NCBI GenBank assembly: GCA_963849695.1
Contig: CAWKIT010000018.1
Location: 3,535 to 67,534, forward strand
Direction of reading: 5' to 3'
DNA length: 64,000 nt
Source of the DNA: an uncultured Solirubrobacteraceae bacterium
Lineage (GTDB): Bacteria > Actinomycetota > Thermoleophilia > Solirubrobacterales > Solirubrobacteraceae
Every line of letters begins with the position of its first letter. Position 1 is the first letter of the stretch. The position numbers and the translations under genes are program-made. Below the pieces are notes generated by a model. That model worked only from the letters and a program-made list of their open reading frames with translations, searched no databases and was not told where the DNA came from. Below, one piece after another: positions 1-8,116 of this stretch.

Positions 1-342
1 CCGGGCCTCGGCCGTCTGATCGACGCTGCCGCCGACACCGGCGTCGACGTCTTCGGCCCCGACTTCAGCTTCAGCGACCCGACCCGAGGCAGCATCCTCG
101 CCACCCGATCCGCCCTCGCCGACGCCCGCCGCCGCGCCGACGACGCCGCAGCCCAGCTCGGCCAGCGCATCACCGGCGTCCTGTCCACCGACCTCGCACC
201 GGAGCTCGGCGGGGGTTTCGGCGTCGACGACGAGTCGGGCGCCGGCGGCGGCCTCGAGCGAAGCTCGACCCGCGTCCTGCCCGGCGAGGAGGAGTTCATA
301 GTCGTCGTCCGCGTCGTCTACACCGTCGCACCCGCGACCTGA
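1..342 (+). CDS. SIMPL/DUF541-like protein, C-terminal fragment (5' end outside window)
   Basis: Frame 1 is open from base 1 to TGA 340-342. It is absent from the ORF track because there is no start in the window. My translation (...GRLIDAAADTGVDVFGPDFSFSDPTRGSILATRSALADARRRADDAAAQLG...VLPGEEEFIVVVRVVYTVAPAT) resembles the C-terminal half of SIMPL-domain proteins. Recognition is from memory. Confidence 0.5.
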   Translation, partial: PGLGRLIDAAADTGVDVFGPDFSFSDPTRGSILATRSALADARRRADDAAAQLGQRITGVLSTDLAPELGGGFGVDDESGAGGGLERSSTRVLPGEEEFIVVVRVVYTVAPAT

Positions 343-1647
343 AGCACCTCGGCCCACCCGCCGGGGAACAGCCGGTACACGGTGCTCTGCGTCGGTGCAT
401 CGACCACCGACTCGAGCCGCCAGCGGAAGAACTCGCCCGCCCCGGGCCGCCGGCCGTGCTCGCGCTCGAACCGTTGCACCGCGGCCGCGACCTTCGCCCG
501 CTGCTCGCGGCGATGCGCTTGCCGCCGCTCCTCGCCGCCGGCCGGACGCGGAGCCCTCGCAATCCGAGCGCCGAGCCCGGCGGCTGCCAGGGCCTGATTC
601 CAGCTGCCGAAGTGCCGCACGATCGTGTTGCGCGTCGGTTGCCTCGACCCGCGTGCGCGCCAGCGCGCGTACTTCGCGCACGACAACGGACCGTCTTCCT
701 CCAGACTCCAATGCCGGAGTGCCTCAAGTGACTCCGATTGGACATCGCGTCCCGGCAGCTCGAGCAGCTCCGTGCGTTCCGGCGGTCGATACGCGCGCGC
801 GGCGGCGAGGCGCTCCCGGGCTCGCTCGATGAGTGCGCGACGCGGCGCACGCCCGAAGCGCTTGGCACGCGCGTATTCGTCGACCGCCGCTCCCCAGATC
901 TCCATTTCGCGGAGCTTGCGTCCGGGAAGGCCGGCCTTCCAGAGCAGGTCGCGCAGCTCGCCGAGCTCCGAGCGACGGGTGATTGTCCACGTAGCCGACG
1001 GGTTGAGCGGTGGGCCGGGCCGGTAGCGCGTTACATTGCCGAGCCCCGTTTCCTCCGACAGAAGCTGCAGCAGCGACTCGTCGTCCTGCGCGTAAGTGGA
1101 CTGAGAACCGAGGACGGCCGTCGGAGAGTCCGAAGCACCCCTCGGCGCAGACGAAGCCGCTTATGTAGCCCAAGAACTGCCTGCGGGTGTCCCATCTCGA
1201 GGCGCATTGCTCGCCGCCGCCGAACCGCCGGGCGGCTGCAAGCCCGGTCTTCAGGCGGCGAAGCTCCGAGCGGCGCGCCGCACCTCCCGATCCGGTCCAC
1301 ACGCGCACAGCGTCGCTCCAGAGCCGGAGCTCGGCCGCCCGCCGACCGTGGAACCCGCACGACTCGATCATTCCGAGCAGCTCGAGGCAATCCTCCTGGG
1401 CGTCGATTGCCCAGCAGAGCTGCGGCTTGGACGTTGCGCGCGCGGGGACGCGATGCATGCGGCCAAGGCCTGTAAGCGCGAGCAGCCACTCCATCGTGTC
1501 CTGCTCGTCGTCGCGCTGCCTCAGGTACATCGAGCACGAGAGCGACTGTCCGCCGTTCATCTCCGAGATCGAGAGCGTCGCCTCACCTTCGAGGAAGCCG
1601 GCGAGAAGGCTCCGCTCGTACTCGCTGATCGAGACCGCGAAGTACAT
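318..1647 (-). CDS. LAGLIDADG homing endonuclease with two C-terminal homing-endonuclease-associated (HEAR-like) repeats; frame broken once as sequenced
   Basis: ORF 724..1647 starts MYFAVSISEYERSLLAGFLEGEATLSI and has a second motif, YISGFVCAEGCFGL. After ...RPRFSVHLR (about 1089) family-like sequence continues in the frame of ORF 318..905: QDDESLLQLLSEETGLGNVTRYRP...WTITRRSELGELRDLLWKAGLPGRKLREMEIWG. The tail carries FGSWNQALAAAGL and FPGGWAEVLQVAG repeat ends. Confidence 0.8.
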
Positions 1648-1763
1648 GGCGAGCGAACGCTACCGCGGCCACCGGCGGAAAACCCCTGCAAACCGAAATA
1701 TCCTGCGCTTCATAATATACGTTGGCGAGCGCAGCAATAGCGCCGTGGCCTATCGTCCGGCGC

Positions 1764-2399
1764 GTGATCCCCGGCCGCGTTGTGTCCGTCAACGTCGGCC
1801 GCCCCGCCCAGGTAGGCGTGCGGCGCGGGCGGGCGGTGATGAGTGCGATCGGCAAGGTTCCCGTGAGCGGGCGCGTGCGCGTCGCCGGCGTCAATGTCGC
1901 GGGTGACGATCAGGCCGATCGGCGCGTTCACGGCGGTCCTGACAAGGCGGTCTACGCGTATGCGTCCGAGGACACCGCGTGGTGGTCGGCTCGGTTGGCG
2001 CGGCCGCTCGCTCCCGGCGCCTTCGGCGAGAACCTCACAGTCGCGGGTGTCGATGTGACCGGCGCGGTGGTCGGTGAGCGGTGGCGGATCGGGAGCGTCG
2101 AGCTTCAGGTCTGCCAGCCCCGGCTGCCCTGCTACAAGCTCGGGCTCCGGTTCGGCGACCCGCAGATGCTCAAGCTGTTCGCGCAGGCCGGCCGCCCGGG
2201 CGCCTATCTGCGGATCCTGGCCGAGGGCGAGCTCGAGGCCGGCGACCAGGTTGACATAAGCGATCGTCCCTCCCACGGGGTGACGGTCGGGCTCGTGGCG
2301 CGGGCGATCACGCTCGACGAGACGCTGCTGGCGCAGGCGGCCGCGGCGCCCGAGCTGCCGGAGAGCCTGTCGCGCTGGATGCTCGAGCGGGCGGCGTGA
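1764..2399 (+). CDS. MOSC domain-containing protein (YiiM-like)
   Basis: ORF 1722..2399 contains ...GRVVSVNVGRP...GDDQADRRVHGGPDKAVYAYASED...GENLTVAGVD...CQPRLPCYKLGLRFGD, a typical MOSC/YiiM layout. I prefer the GTG at 1764 (VIPGRVVSVNVG) over the TTG at 1722; the start is uncertain. Confidence 0.8.
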   Translation: MIPGRVVSVNVGRPAQVGVRRGRAVMSAIGKVPVSGRVRVAGVNVAGDDQADRRVHGGPDKAVYAYASEDTAWWSARLARPLAPGAFGENLTVAGVDVTGAVVGERWRIGSVELQVCQPRLPCYKLGLRFGDPQMLKLFAQAGRPGAYLRILAEGELEAGDQVDISDRPSHGVTVGLVARAITLDETLLAQAAAAPELPESLSRWMLERAA

Positions 2400-2441
2400 T
2401 TCGCTAGTCTCGACGGTCCGGCGGATCGCCCACTCGACCGC

Positions 2442-2460
2442 GGGAACCGCACCGGTTCCC
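2442..2460 (+). terminator. Possible stem-loop terminator after the MOSC gene
   Basis: GGGAACCG-cac-CGGTTCCC is an 8-bp GC-rich stem 43 nt after the TGA at 2397-2399. There is no U tract, which is common in high-GC actinobacteria. Confidence 0.3.
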
Positions 2461-2579
2461 AGCCGTGGCAACGCGCCGGCCTCGTGCCGGCGGCCTGTCC
2501 AGGTGGTCGGGAGTGTCACGCCGCCCAGGCAGACACTCAAGTCCTGGGACGTAGTAGTTCAGTGGTGATCCATGACCGG

Positions 2580-2612
2580 GCACGAAACCCCGTATCAGCG
2601 GGGTTTTCGTGC
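2580..2612 (-). terminator. Stem-loop terminator downstream of the beta-helix protein gene (could act bidirectionally)
   Basis: GCACGAAACCCCG-tatcag-CGGGGTTTTCGTGC forms a 13-bp stem with one bulge and a T/U-rich 3' arm. It lies about 80 nt after the minus-strand stop at 2694 in a locally AT-richer spacer. Confidence 0.5.
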
Positions 2613-2693
2613 ATCTGGAGACGTTGAGGGCGCTCGAACGGGCTCGGGGAACAACGGGGCAACGCCGAACAGCCCTACGCGATTCCGGCCTCC

Positions 2694-4798
2694 TCAGGGC
2701 ACCCGAATGCCCGTGTCGAGACCATCCGACGCAGCGTTGCTGCCCGGCGAACCCGATGCCAGCTCGAATCCAGCCCAACTGGTCAGCGGGCCGACGTAAC
2801 TGACGGTCGACGGATCCGTGTTGTGGTCATTGCGGGCGGCGGTAGAGCCGTTCCCGAAGTCCACTTCGCCCACGTTGTCGTATACCTGGGTACCGACCCC
2901 CACGGCATCGTGCAGCTTGCGGGTCAGCTCGATCTTTCCGCACGTCTGGCCGGTGAACGCGCACGGACCCTCCGCGTAGAAGCGAACCGTGTTGTGGCGG
3001 ACGATCGACCCGTCGTCCGAGTAGATCTCGATCCCGCCCGGCCGGGTGGTGTCGACCACGTTGTCCTCGATCAGCGCATTCTCGGTACCCGAGTCGTAAG
3101 ACGCCAACGCCTGGCCGTAACCTCCGCAGCCCACGAAACTGATGTAGTTGCGGCGAACGATGGCGTTGTGGCCCGAAGTGTTCGACGTATCGGGGGTGTC
3201 GACACCATTCGGGTCCTCGTACTGGATCCCGTCCGTATGGTTGCCGGTCGGACCCTCGCACAAGTTCACGATGCGGTTATTGTCGATCGTCACCCCATCC
3301 GAGGCGATGAACACACCATCGGAGTCGCCGCCCTGCATCAGCGAGTTCCGGACCGTGACGCCGGAACCGGCCATGTGCAGCCGCGCGTTACCGCACGTCG
3401 CGTCGATGTTCAGGTGCGTGTTGTTCGTCGAACACGATGCTGCTGTTCGACCCGCTCGAAGTCCATGCAGGTGTTGAATGCCGAGTTCTTCACGGTGACA
3501 TTCGACACCCCACCGCCGAGGCTGCCGCCCGCGCCTGACACACCATCGACGATGAAGTTGGCGTCGCCCGAGCCGAAGCTGAACCGCATGGTCGGCATGG
3601 CACCATCGGCCTTGCGAACCGTGATCGCCTTGTTCGTACCGGACCAAGTGCCGTAGTTGCCTGAGGCGAGGCAGATCGTCTCGCCGGCGGTCGCGGCCGT
3701 CACCTGGCCGGCGAGGTTCGACGGCGTCGCACTCAAGTCGCAGTCACGGGAAGGCGGCGGCGGATCGATCACGTTCGCCTCATCCCCATCAGACCCGCTT
3801 GAACAGCCCGGATCTGACGGATAGTCGACCTGGCCATCCCCGTCATTGTCCTGGCCGTCCGAGCAGGCCGGAGCCGGCAGCGGAGCCTCGACGAGCTCAA
3901 ACGATCTCTGGACGCTCGCGACCCGACCCGATGCGTCCGTTACCCGAAGCGTCACCTGGCGCGGTCCGAGGGTGCCGACATAGGTGAACGTCGCGGTCTC
4001 GCCGGAGCCGAACTGCACGCCGTCGACATGCAGCCACGCATACGAGCACGGCGCATTCGGACAAGAACTCGTCGACCTGAACGAGGTTGGCTGCGTGCGC
4101 ACTGCCGGATCCGGGCTGTGCGTGAAGGTCGCGACCGGCGGGTCGGGCGTCTGTGTGGGCGGGGGCAGAGCAATCGGGCAGCCGCTTGCGTCGACCCGTG
4201 TGCCGGCCGGCGTGCCGAGGCACCGATCGATAGCGTCCGGAACCCCGTCACCGTCGCCGTCCGGAGGCGCCTGGTCGGCGTAGATGCTGGCCTGGTGGGC
4301 ACCGCTGGATCGAGATGCGTCCCTCCAGGGCGAGGGCAGTGATGGCAGGCTCCTGTTCCTTGACAGATAGCTCGCCGGGGCTCCCGACACTTGCCCCTCA
4401 CGGTACTGCAGCTTGCCCCTCGAGGCAGATGGGTGAAGCAGCGCCAGCCAGTAGTACGAGCCGCCACTGACAGAATAGGCCCTGAACGAGCAGCTGTTCC
4501 AAGCGTTGGCCTGCGGGCTGTAGATCAGGCACTGCCTGCGCAGCGGGCCTGCGCTCGATCCCGAGTCGCTGTACAGCCCGACTTCCACTCTGCTCGCCGT
4601 GCTCGCGCCGTCCACGAAGACGTTGAGGCGATCGACCGGCCCGGTTGACGCAGCCGCGAAGCGATACGCCTTGGCGACACCCTTCGTGAGGCTCGCCTCG
4701 CGCGAATGCACGGTGGCTGTGCCGACCGTCGCCGCGCCAACCGTGGCGGGAAGGATGAGCGCGAGCGCCATTGTGGCGGTCGCCAGCAGCGTCTTCAT
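2694..4798 (-). CDS. Secreted multidomain protein: signal peptide, DUF4082-like domain, acidic Ca-binding-type motifs, PKD-like module, right-handed parallel beta-helix; frame broken as sequenced
   Basis: This joins ORF 3410..4864 (from M23, MKTLLATATMALALILPATVGA, with GAGGAG 4 nt upstream) to ORF 2694..3647. Motifs: DGDGDGVPDAIDRC, CSDGQDNDGDGQVDYPSDPGC, PKD-like VATFTHSP...LRVTDASGRVASV, and beta-helix rungs (VTVRNSLMQGG, GVTIDNNRIVN, AIVRRNYISF, ALIEDNVVD, SIVRHNTVRF). The frames join as ...NTCMDF/SGSNSSIVFD/NNTHLNIDATCG if two extra bases (about 3457 and 3426) are skipped. Confidence 0.75.
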
Positions 4799-5156
4799 GG
4801 TTCTCCTCAGCGACGGTGGCGGGAGGACGTACCCGTAGGTCTGATGTCGCGCCGGCCAGGCCATGACGGCGAGCGTCGACGCCTAACTTCGCCTGCCCCT
4901 GTGTGGGTGTCCATGCGCCGCGGGGATGGCTTCGAGCGCCGCCCCTCGTAGCCGTCAATCAGCCCGTCGCCCGCGCGTCTTCCCTGAGCGGGTCCGTGTG
5001 CGATCGATGCACTGTGAACCCAGCGCCCACTCCGGCTGGGCTGGTACCTCACCCAGTCCGGGCTCGAACGGTACCACGACCTCGATAACTAAGCTAGAGC
5101 TGATCAATAAGTGTGATCGATGGGTCCGCCGACCCGGCGGAGGCGGTATGACCGGG

Positions 5157-5192
5157 CGGTACGGGCGGGCCGTCGCAGGCCCGCCCGTACCG
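5157..5192 (-). terminator. Perfect 15-bp stem-loop immediately after the M15 peptidase gene
   Basis: CGGTACGGGCGGGCC-gtcgca-GGCCCGCCCGTACCG ends 5 nt from the stop at 5198-5200. Confidence 0.6.
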
Positions 5193-5197
5193 CAATC

Positions 5198-5999
5198 TCA
5201 TCGTCCGCTGTGGGAGAAGTGCACCGGGTCGCGCGCCCCGAGTGCGTTGTGGATCCGCGGCTCCAGCGGGCAGCGCCGCATCAGCTCGCCGAACCGCGCG
5301 TAGTCGCTGACGTCCAGCGAGCCCGCCGGCTTGACGCTGCCGGCGTGGTTCGAGGCGCGCCCGGCGCAGCGGCCGGGGCAGCTCGGCGCGCCGCAGATGT
5401 TGCGGCACAGTTGCTCCGAGTACGCCGGGCTGCGCCAGCCGCTGTTGAGCGTCCCCCGCCAGCCCTGGTTGCGCGCCCACACCAGATACGGCTTCATCCA
5501 GGCGGCGACCGGCCTGCCGTCGAACGTCGCCACGCCGGCCCGTGGTGCCAGCAGCTCCTTGGCGGCCTTGCGCTGTTTGCGCCTGACGGGACAGCGCCCG
5601 GGCGAGCATCGCCGGGCGCGAGAACCGCGCCGACCCCGGGTGCCGCAGGCGGCGCGTGAACTCGGCGTCGACGCGGACCGTCTTGAGCTCGGCGCCGGTG
5701 TAGCCGAGGTAGAACTTCGCCTCACGGATCCGCTTCTTGGTCGCGGGGCCGACGATCCCGTCGGTCATCAGCGGGCCGATCGCCTTCAGGTGCTTCTCGG
5801 TGAACGCGTTCAGCGCCCGCTGCAGCGCGGTCACCTGGTCGCGCGACATCGTCGACGGCCGTGTCGGTCGCGGCTTCGGCTTCGGCTGCGGCTGCGGCCG
5901 TGTGCCAGGCGGGACCGGGACGTCCGGCTCGCGCCCGTTCGCGTGCTCCGGCGCGATCGCCGCCAGCTCTCGCTCGACCTCGACGAAACGCCCGATCAT
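5198..5999 (-). CDS. Peptidoglycan-binding domain + M15 (VanY/Hedgehog-type) zinc peptidase, endolysin-like; frame broken once as sequenced
   Basis: ATG 5999 sits in an ATGA overlap with the upstream stop. The N-terminal part lies in the frame of shadow ORF 5094..7715: MIGRFVEVEREL..., a PQPQPKPKPRP linker, and a PG_binding_1-like LQRALNAFTEKHLKAIGPLMTDGIVGPATKKRI. After ...LARALSRQA (about 5579) it continues in the ORF 5198..5725 frame: KQRKAAKELL...SGWRSPAYSEQL...SNHAGSVKPAGSLDVSD...DPVHFSHSGR, an H/D/H M15-type pattern. Confidence 0.7.
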
Positions 6000-7363
6000 C
6001 GCCGCCCGGGCGCGGTCGAGCGCCCGGTCGAGCCCTCGATCCGCTCGAGCAGCTCGGCGTCGGACAGGTCGGTCAGCCGGCGCGGCGTCCGCGGCACGGC
6101 GGCCGGCGACGGCGGCGCCGGACCCTCGGGAGCCGGCGGCAGAGGCGGCGCGGCTTGGACGACGGTCGCCCCGTCGGGAGCCGGCGGCAGAGGCGGCGCG
6201 GCTTGGACGACGGTCGCCCCGTCGGGCGCGTCCACCGCGGGCGGCGCGCCGTGACCGCCGGCCGCCTCGGGAACCGCGGCCACCGCTGCCGGGGCGACCT
6301 CGGACGCCGCCTCCGCGGAGACCAGCGCGTCGAGCTTGCCGTCGATCTCCTGCAGCGCCGCCGTCACGGCCGCGAACCCTTCCGCGACCGTCGACTGCAG
6401 CGCGGCTTCGCCGGCCGCTGCCCTCCCCTTCTTCGCCTTCAGGTGGGCGAGTAGCCGCCGCCGCTTGGCGGCGCGGGCCACGAGCGCCTCCCACGCCTCG
6501 CCGGTCTCGGCGTCGTGTCGCAGCACCTCGACGACCAGCGGCTTGAGCCGCGTGCGCCGGCGCTCCGCCGGCGCGGCCGAAGGCTTCACCGGCTTCTGCT
6601 GCAGCCGCAGCACGCGATTGAGCTTGCGCTGGCTGTGCGGCCCGTAGATGCCGTCCGGCTCGAGCCGGTGCTCGGCTTGGAACGCCTTCACCGCCGCCTC
6701 CACCGTCGCGTCGAGCTCGCGCCGCGGCTTCGCCAGATACGGCGTCCCGGCCTTCGAGCGCGCATGCGCCAGACGGCGCGTGAGGCGCACCACCCGCGGG
6801 CCGCGGTCGCCCCGCCGCAGCGGGCCGTTCGCGCTCGGCGCCGGCGCCGCGCCGTGGAGCCGCGCCTTCCACGCCGCGGCCTTCCTCAAGAGGTCGGCGC
6901 TGTACGCGACCGCCGCGTCGCCGCTGCCGTTGTACATGCGCGCGCCGACCGAGTCCCCGTGCGTGCGCACGAGGCTCGCCAGCCGCTGGAACCCGACGCG
7001 CATGTTGACCTGCGGCTTCCAGCAGCCCCCGAGCTTGTCGGCGTCGTCCTGGAAGGAGAACCACGTGAGCTGGCACGGGCCGACGCCCTGCATGGCCTTG
7101 TCGCCGCTCGCGACGCGGCGGCGCTTGTACTGGAGGTACAGCTCCTTGGTCACCTTCACGCTGCCGTCGCGGGCCGGGAAGATGTACTTGCCGCTGCGGT
7201 CGCGGTCGTGCCCGAAGACGTTGTGGCCGCCGGCGGACTCCTTCTCGAGCAGCGCGGCCGCGAGCTCGAGCCGGAGCCCGGCTCGCGCCGCCTCCGCGAC
7301 GCAGGCCTTGGGCATCACGATGCCTCCGCCCCGCAGCCGCTCGATCACGGTCTCGGACGTCAT
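5996..7363 (-). CDS. Lysozyme-like/lytic transglycosylase (SLT-like) domain + peptidoglycan-binding domain + coiled-coil/Pro-rich tail
   Basis: ORF 5996..7363 contains LLEKESAGGHNVFGHD...AMQGVGPCQLTW...MYNGSGDAAVAY (lysozyme-like fold by eye), then VKAFQAEHRLEPDGIYGPHSQRKL (PG_binding_1-like), a helical Ala/Arg/Lys region and a duplicated APDGATVVQAAPPLPP. Its ATG is 3 nt after the upstream gene's stop. Confidence 0.7.
   Translation of the reverse strand: MTSETVIERLRGGGIVMPKACVAEAARAGLRLELAAALLEKESAGGHNVFGHDRDRSGKYIFPARDGSVKVTKELYLQYKRRRVASGDKAMQGVGPCQLTWFSFQDDADKLGGCWKPQVNMRVGFQRLASLVRTHGDSVGARMYNGSGDAAVAYSADLLRKAAAWKARLHGAAPAPSANGPLRRGDRGPRVVRLTRRLAHARSKAGTPYLAKPRRELDATVEAAVKAFQAEHRLEPDGIYGPHSQRKLNRVLRLQQKPVKPSAAPAERRRTRLKPLVVEVLRHDAETGEAWEALVARAAKRRRLLAHLKAKKGRAAAGEAALQSTVAEGFAAVTAALQEIDGKLDALVSAEAASEVAPAAVAAVPEAAGGHGAPPAVDAPDGATVVQAAPPLPPAPDGATVVQAAPPLPPAPEGPAPPSPAAVPRTPRRLTDLSDAELLERIEGSTGRSTAPGRR
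6128..6229 (-). repeat. 48-bp direct tandem duplication inside the SLT-like gene (2 copies plus partial)
   Basis: The sequence cgggagccggcggcagaggcggcgcggcttggacgacggtcgccccgt occurs twice back to back and encodes APDGATVVQAAPPLPP x2. Confidence 0.85.
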
Positions 7364-7366
7364 GGC

Positions 7367-7786
7367 TCAGCTCCCGGCCGGGACGGACTGCTCGTCCTCG
7401 AAGATCGACGTGTCCTCGAACTCGTCGAAGTCGTCGAGCTCGTCCAGGTCGAGGTCCTCGAACTCCTCGTCGAGCAGGTCCAGGTCCTCCTCGCGTGCCT
7501 CGGCGACGACCTCCTCGGGTGCCACGGCGACGACCGACGTCGTGTCGAAGCCGGTGGAAGCCGCGAGGAGCGCCGCGTCCTGGCGCGCCTCGTACTTCTG
7601 CCAGCCGTGCAGCCATTGGGCGGCCGGGGCGAGCGCGATGAGGGCGCCGGCGATGAACACCTCCTCGATCTTGTCGGGGGGCACGGTCACGCCGGGCAGG
7701 TTGTTGGCCGCCCACGTGGAGATCACGCCCGCCAGTGGCGCGAAGACGAGCGGAGTCAGCAACGCAACGATGCGATTTAACGTCAT
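7367..7786 (-). CDS. Small two-TM membrane protein with extremely acidic C-terminal tail (holin-like by position)
   Basis: This is ORF 7367..7879 taken from M32, with AAGGAGGAG directly upstream of the ATG at 7786. Sequence: MTLNRIVALLTPLVFAPLAGVISTWAA (TM1) ... VFIAGALIALAPAAQWLHGW (TM2) ... EEDLDLLDEEFEDLDLDELDDFDEFEDTSIFEDEQ. The holin role is inferred only from position ahead of two PG hydrolases. Confidence 0.6.
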   Translation of the reverse strand: MTLNRIVALLTPLVFAPLAGVISTWAANNLPGVTVPPDKIEEVFIAGALIALAPAAQWLHGWQKYEARQDAALLAASTGFDTTSVVAVAPEEVVAEAREEDLDLLDEEFEDLDLDELDDFDEFEDTSIFEDEQSVPAGS

Positions 7787-7924
7787 GGCTCCTCCTTGAG
7801 ACGTTCGTGGTTCACGGTTCTTCCATGAGACGTTTCGAAAATAGGCGCGTTGAAGCTCACGTCGGCCGACCCTACGCACATGTGCGAGAGCGCGTCAAGG
7901 CGCACGGTTATCGTCCTTTCGGCG

Positions 7925-8116
7925 ATGATCACGCAGACCTGCGAGTCCTGTGGCCGCGAATTCGGATGCGGCGCCCGGGACAGCACGTGCTGGTGCTCGG
8001 AGGCGGCGCTCGACCGGGATCGCCTCGCGATCCTGCAAGAGCACTTCGAGCGCTGCCTGTGCCCGGACTGCCTCGCGGTCGCCTCAGGCGCGCCGGCTCG
8101 CCGGCCGGGCGGCTAG
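7925..8116 (+). CDS. Cysteine-rich CWC-family small protein
   Basis: This is ORF 7850..8116 taken from M26: MITQTCESCGREFGCGARDSTCWCSEAALDRDRLAILQEHFERCLCPDCLA. It has a CxxC...C..CWC...C.C..C pattern. Confidence 0.65.
   Translation: MITQTCESCGREFGCGARDSTCWCSEAALDRDRLAILQEHFERCLCPDCLAVASGAPARRPGG

Noticed and set aside
318-1647. Intein or group I intron context for the LAGLIDADG gene
   Set aside because: The ORF begins with its own Met right before the first LAGLIDADG motif. There is no Cys/Ser-initiated Hint block or flanking host-protein sequence, and no intron-like structured flanks were evident.
2536-2575. tRNA-like start (GGGACGTAGTAGTTCAGTGGTGATCC) downstream of the MOSC gene
   Set aside because: I could not fold a D-arm, anticodon arm or T-arm. 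There is no GTTCGA/TTCRANYC T-loop and no matching 3' acceptor strand. It is probably a chance resemblance, or at most a tiny tRNA fragment.
5030-5085. Possible tRNA 3'-end remnant or attachment site (…GGTACC…CCGGGCTCGAACGGTACC…) near the AT-rich island
   Set aside because: The T-stem does not pair on either strand. No direct repeat copy was found elsewhere in the window, and no integrase gene is nearby.
5990-6040. Possible frameshift fusing the SLT-like gene (5996..7363) to the next gene. ...LSDAELLERIEG could continue as LDRALDRARAAMIGRF in another frame.
   Set aside because: The stop of the first gene and an ATG of the second form a classic ATGA overlap at 5996-5999. The frame change would be in the opposite direction to every other break in the contig. 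Two coupled genes is the simpler reading.
5094-7715. 873-aa ORF, the longest in this region, spanning the whole lysis-like cassette
   Set aside because: Its translation is Arg/Ala/Gly/Pro-rich noise, typical of an off-frame read of high-GC coding DNA. Only two short stretches are real, and those belong to the N-terminal part of the PG-binding/M15 gene. The same reasoning rejects these ORFs as genes in their own right: 11521..13203, 13467..14618 (first half), 14390..15547, 18769..20202 (N-terminal half), 20260..21687 (first 330 aa), 31143..34157 (first 419 aa), 36097..37815, 36873..38543, 40581..42932 (all but the pgsA tail), 43269..45311, 47957..50839, 54439..56121 (N-terminal half), 55278..56720, 60117..62177 and 62235..34226-type antisense ORFs.
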